Below, piece after piece: positions 63,981 to 64,000 of a stretch of 64,000 nt of DNA. Location: sequence record PP239276.1, one strand, 5' to 3'. The stretch comes from Escherichia phage BME3. How positions within the stretch are numbered: position 1 is the first letter of the stretch; each line of letters begins with the position of its first letter. Made by a program: the position numbers and the translations under genes. The notes under the pieces were generated by a model. That model was not told the origin of the DNA, did not search any database, and was given only the letters and a program-made list of their open reading frames with translations.

Positions 63981-64000
63981 GGAGAAGGGGATGAAAATAA

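Noticed and set aside
1-64000. CRISPR array, rRNA genes, integrase/repressor lysogeny module, transposase or IS element
   Set aside because: No regularly spaced direct repeats, no rRNA-like regions, and no tyrosine integrase or cI-like repressor seen; the only recombinase is the small serine recombinase at 62521..63183.

Overview
This window looks like about 64 kb of a large tailed phage with a contractile-tail (myovirus-type) structural module and no lysogeny module in view. Positions 1-28060 are a minus-strand late block: a baseplate J-like gene running off the left edge, three very large tail-fibre/tailspike-type proteins, baseplate proteins, tape measure, a G/T-type chaperone pair with a -1 frameshift site, tail tube and sheath, a lambda gpE-like major capsid protein, scaffold, portal, a large terminase split by a mini-intein, and an overlapped spanin pair. 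Positions 28500-31400 hold a minus-strand array of about 20 tRNA or tRNA-like genes, followed by a phage NAD+ salvage pair (nicotinamide phosphoribosyltransferase and PRPP synthetase) and a divergent AT-rich control region at 34842-35251. From 35252 onward everything is plus-strand: small early ORFs, an RNA-repair cassette (metallophosphoesterase, Rnl1-like RNA ligase, P-loop kinase), a second ligase, a MazG-like protein, FEN-type and DnaQ-type nucleases, an HNH endonuclease, nucleotide metabolism (tdk, deoxynucleotidase, thyX, nrdA, nrdB), a complete rmlBACD dTDP-rhamnose operon, glutaredoxin, T4-type lysozyme, PhoH, an orphan HslV-like peptidase, a small DNA methyltransferase and a small serine recombinase. 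All calls come from reading the sequence and ORF translations by eye; no searches were run. Coordinates for tRNAs, promoters and terminators were counted by hand and may be off by 1-2 nt. The most interesting signals are the terminase intein, the unusual tRNAs (a class II tRNA-Asn and several non-canonical tRNA-like elements), the clustering of tRNA supply, tRNA repair and NAD+ salvage, and the phage-borne rhamnose operon.
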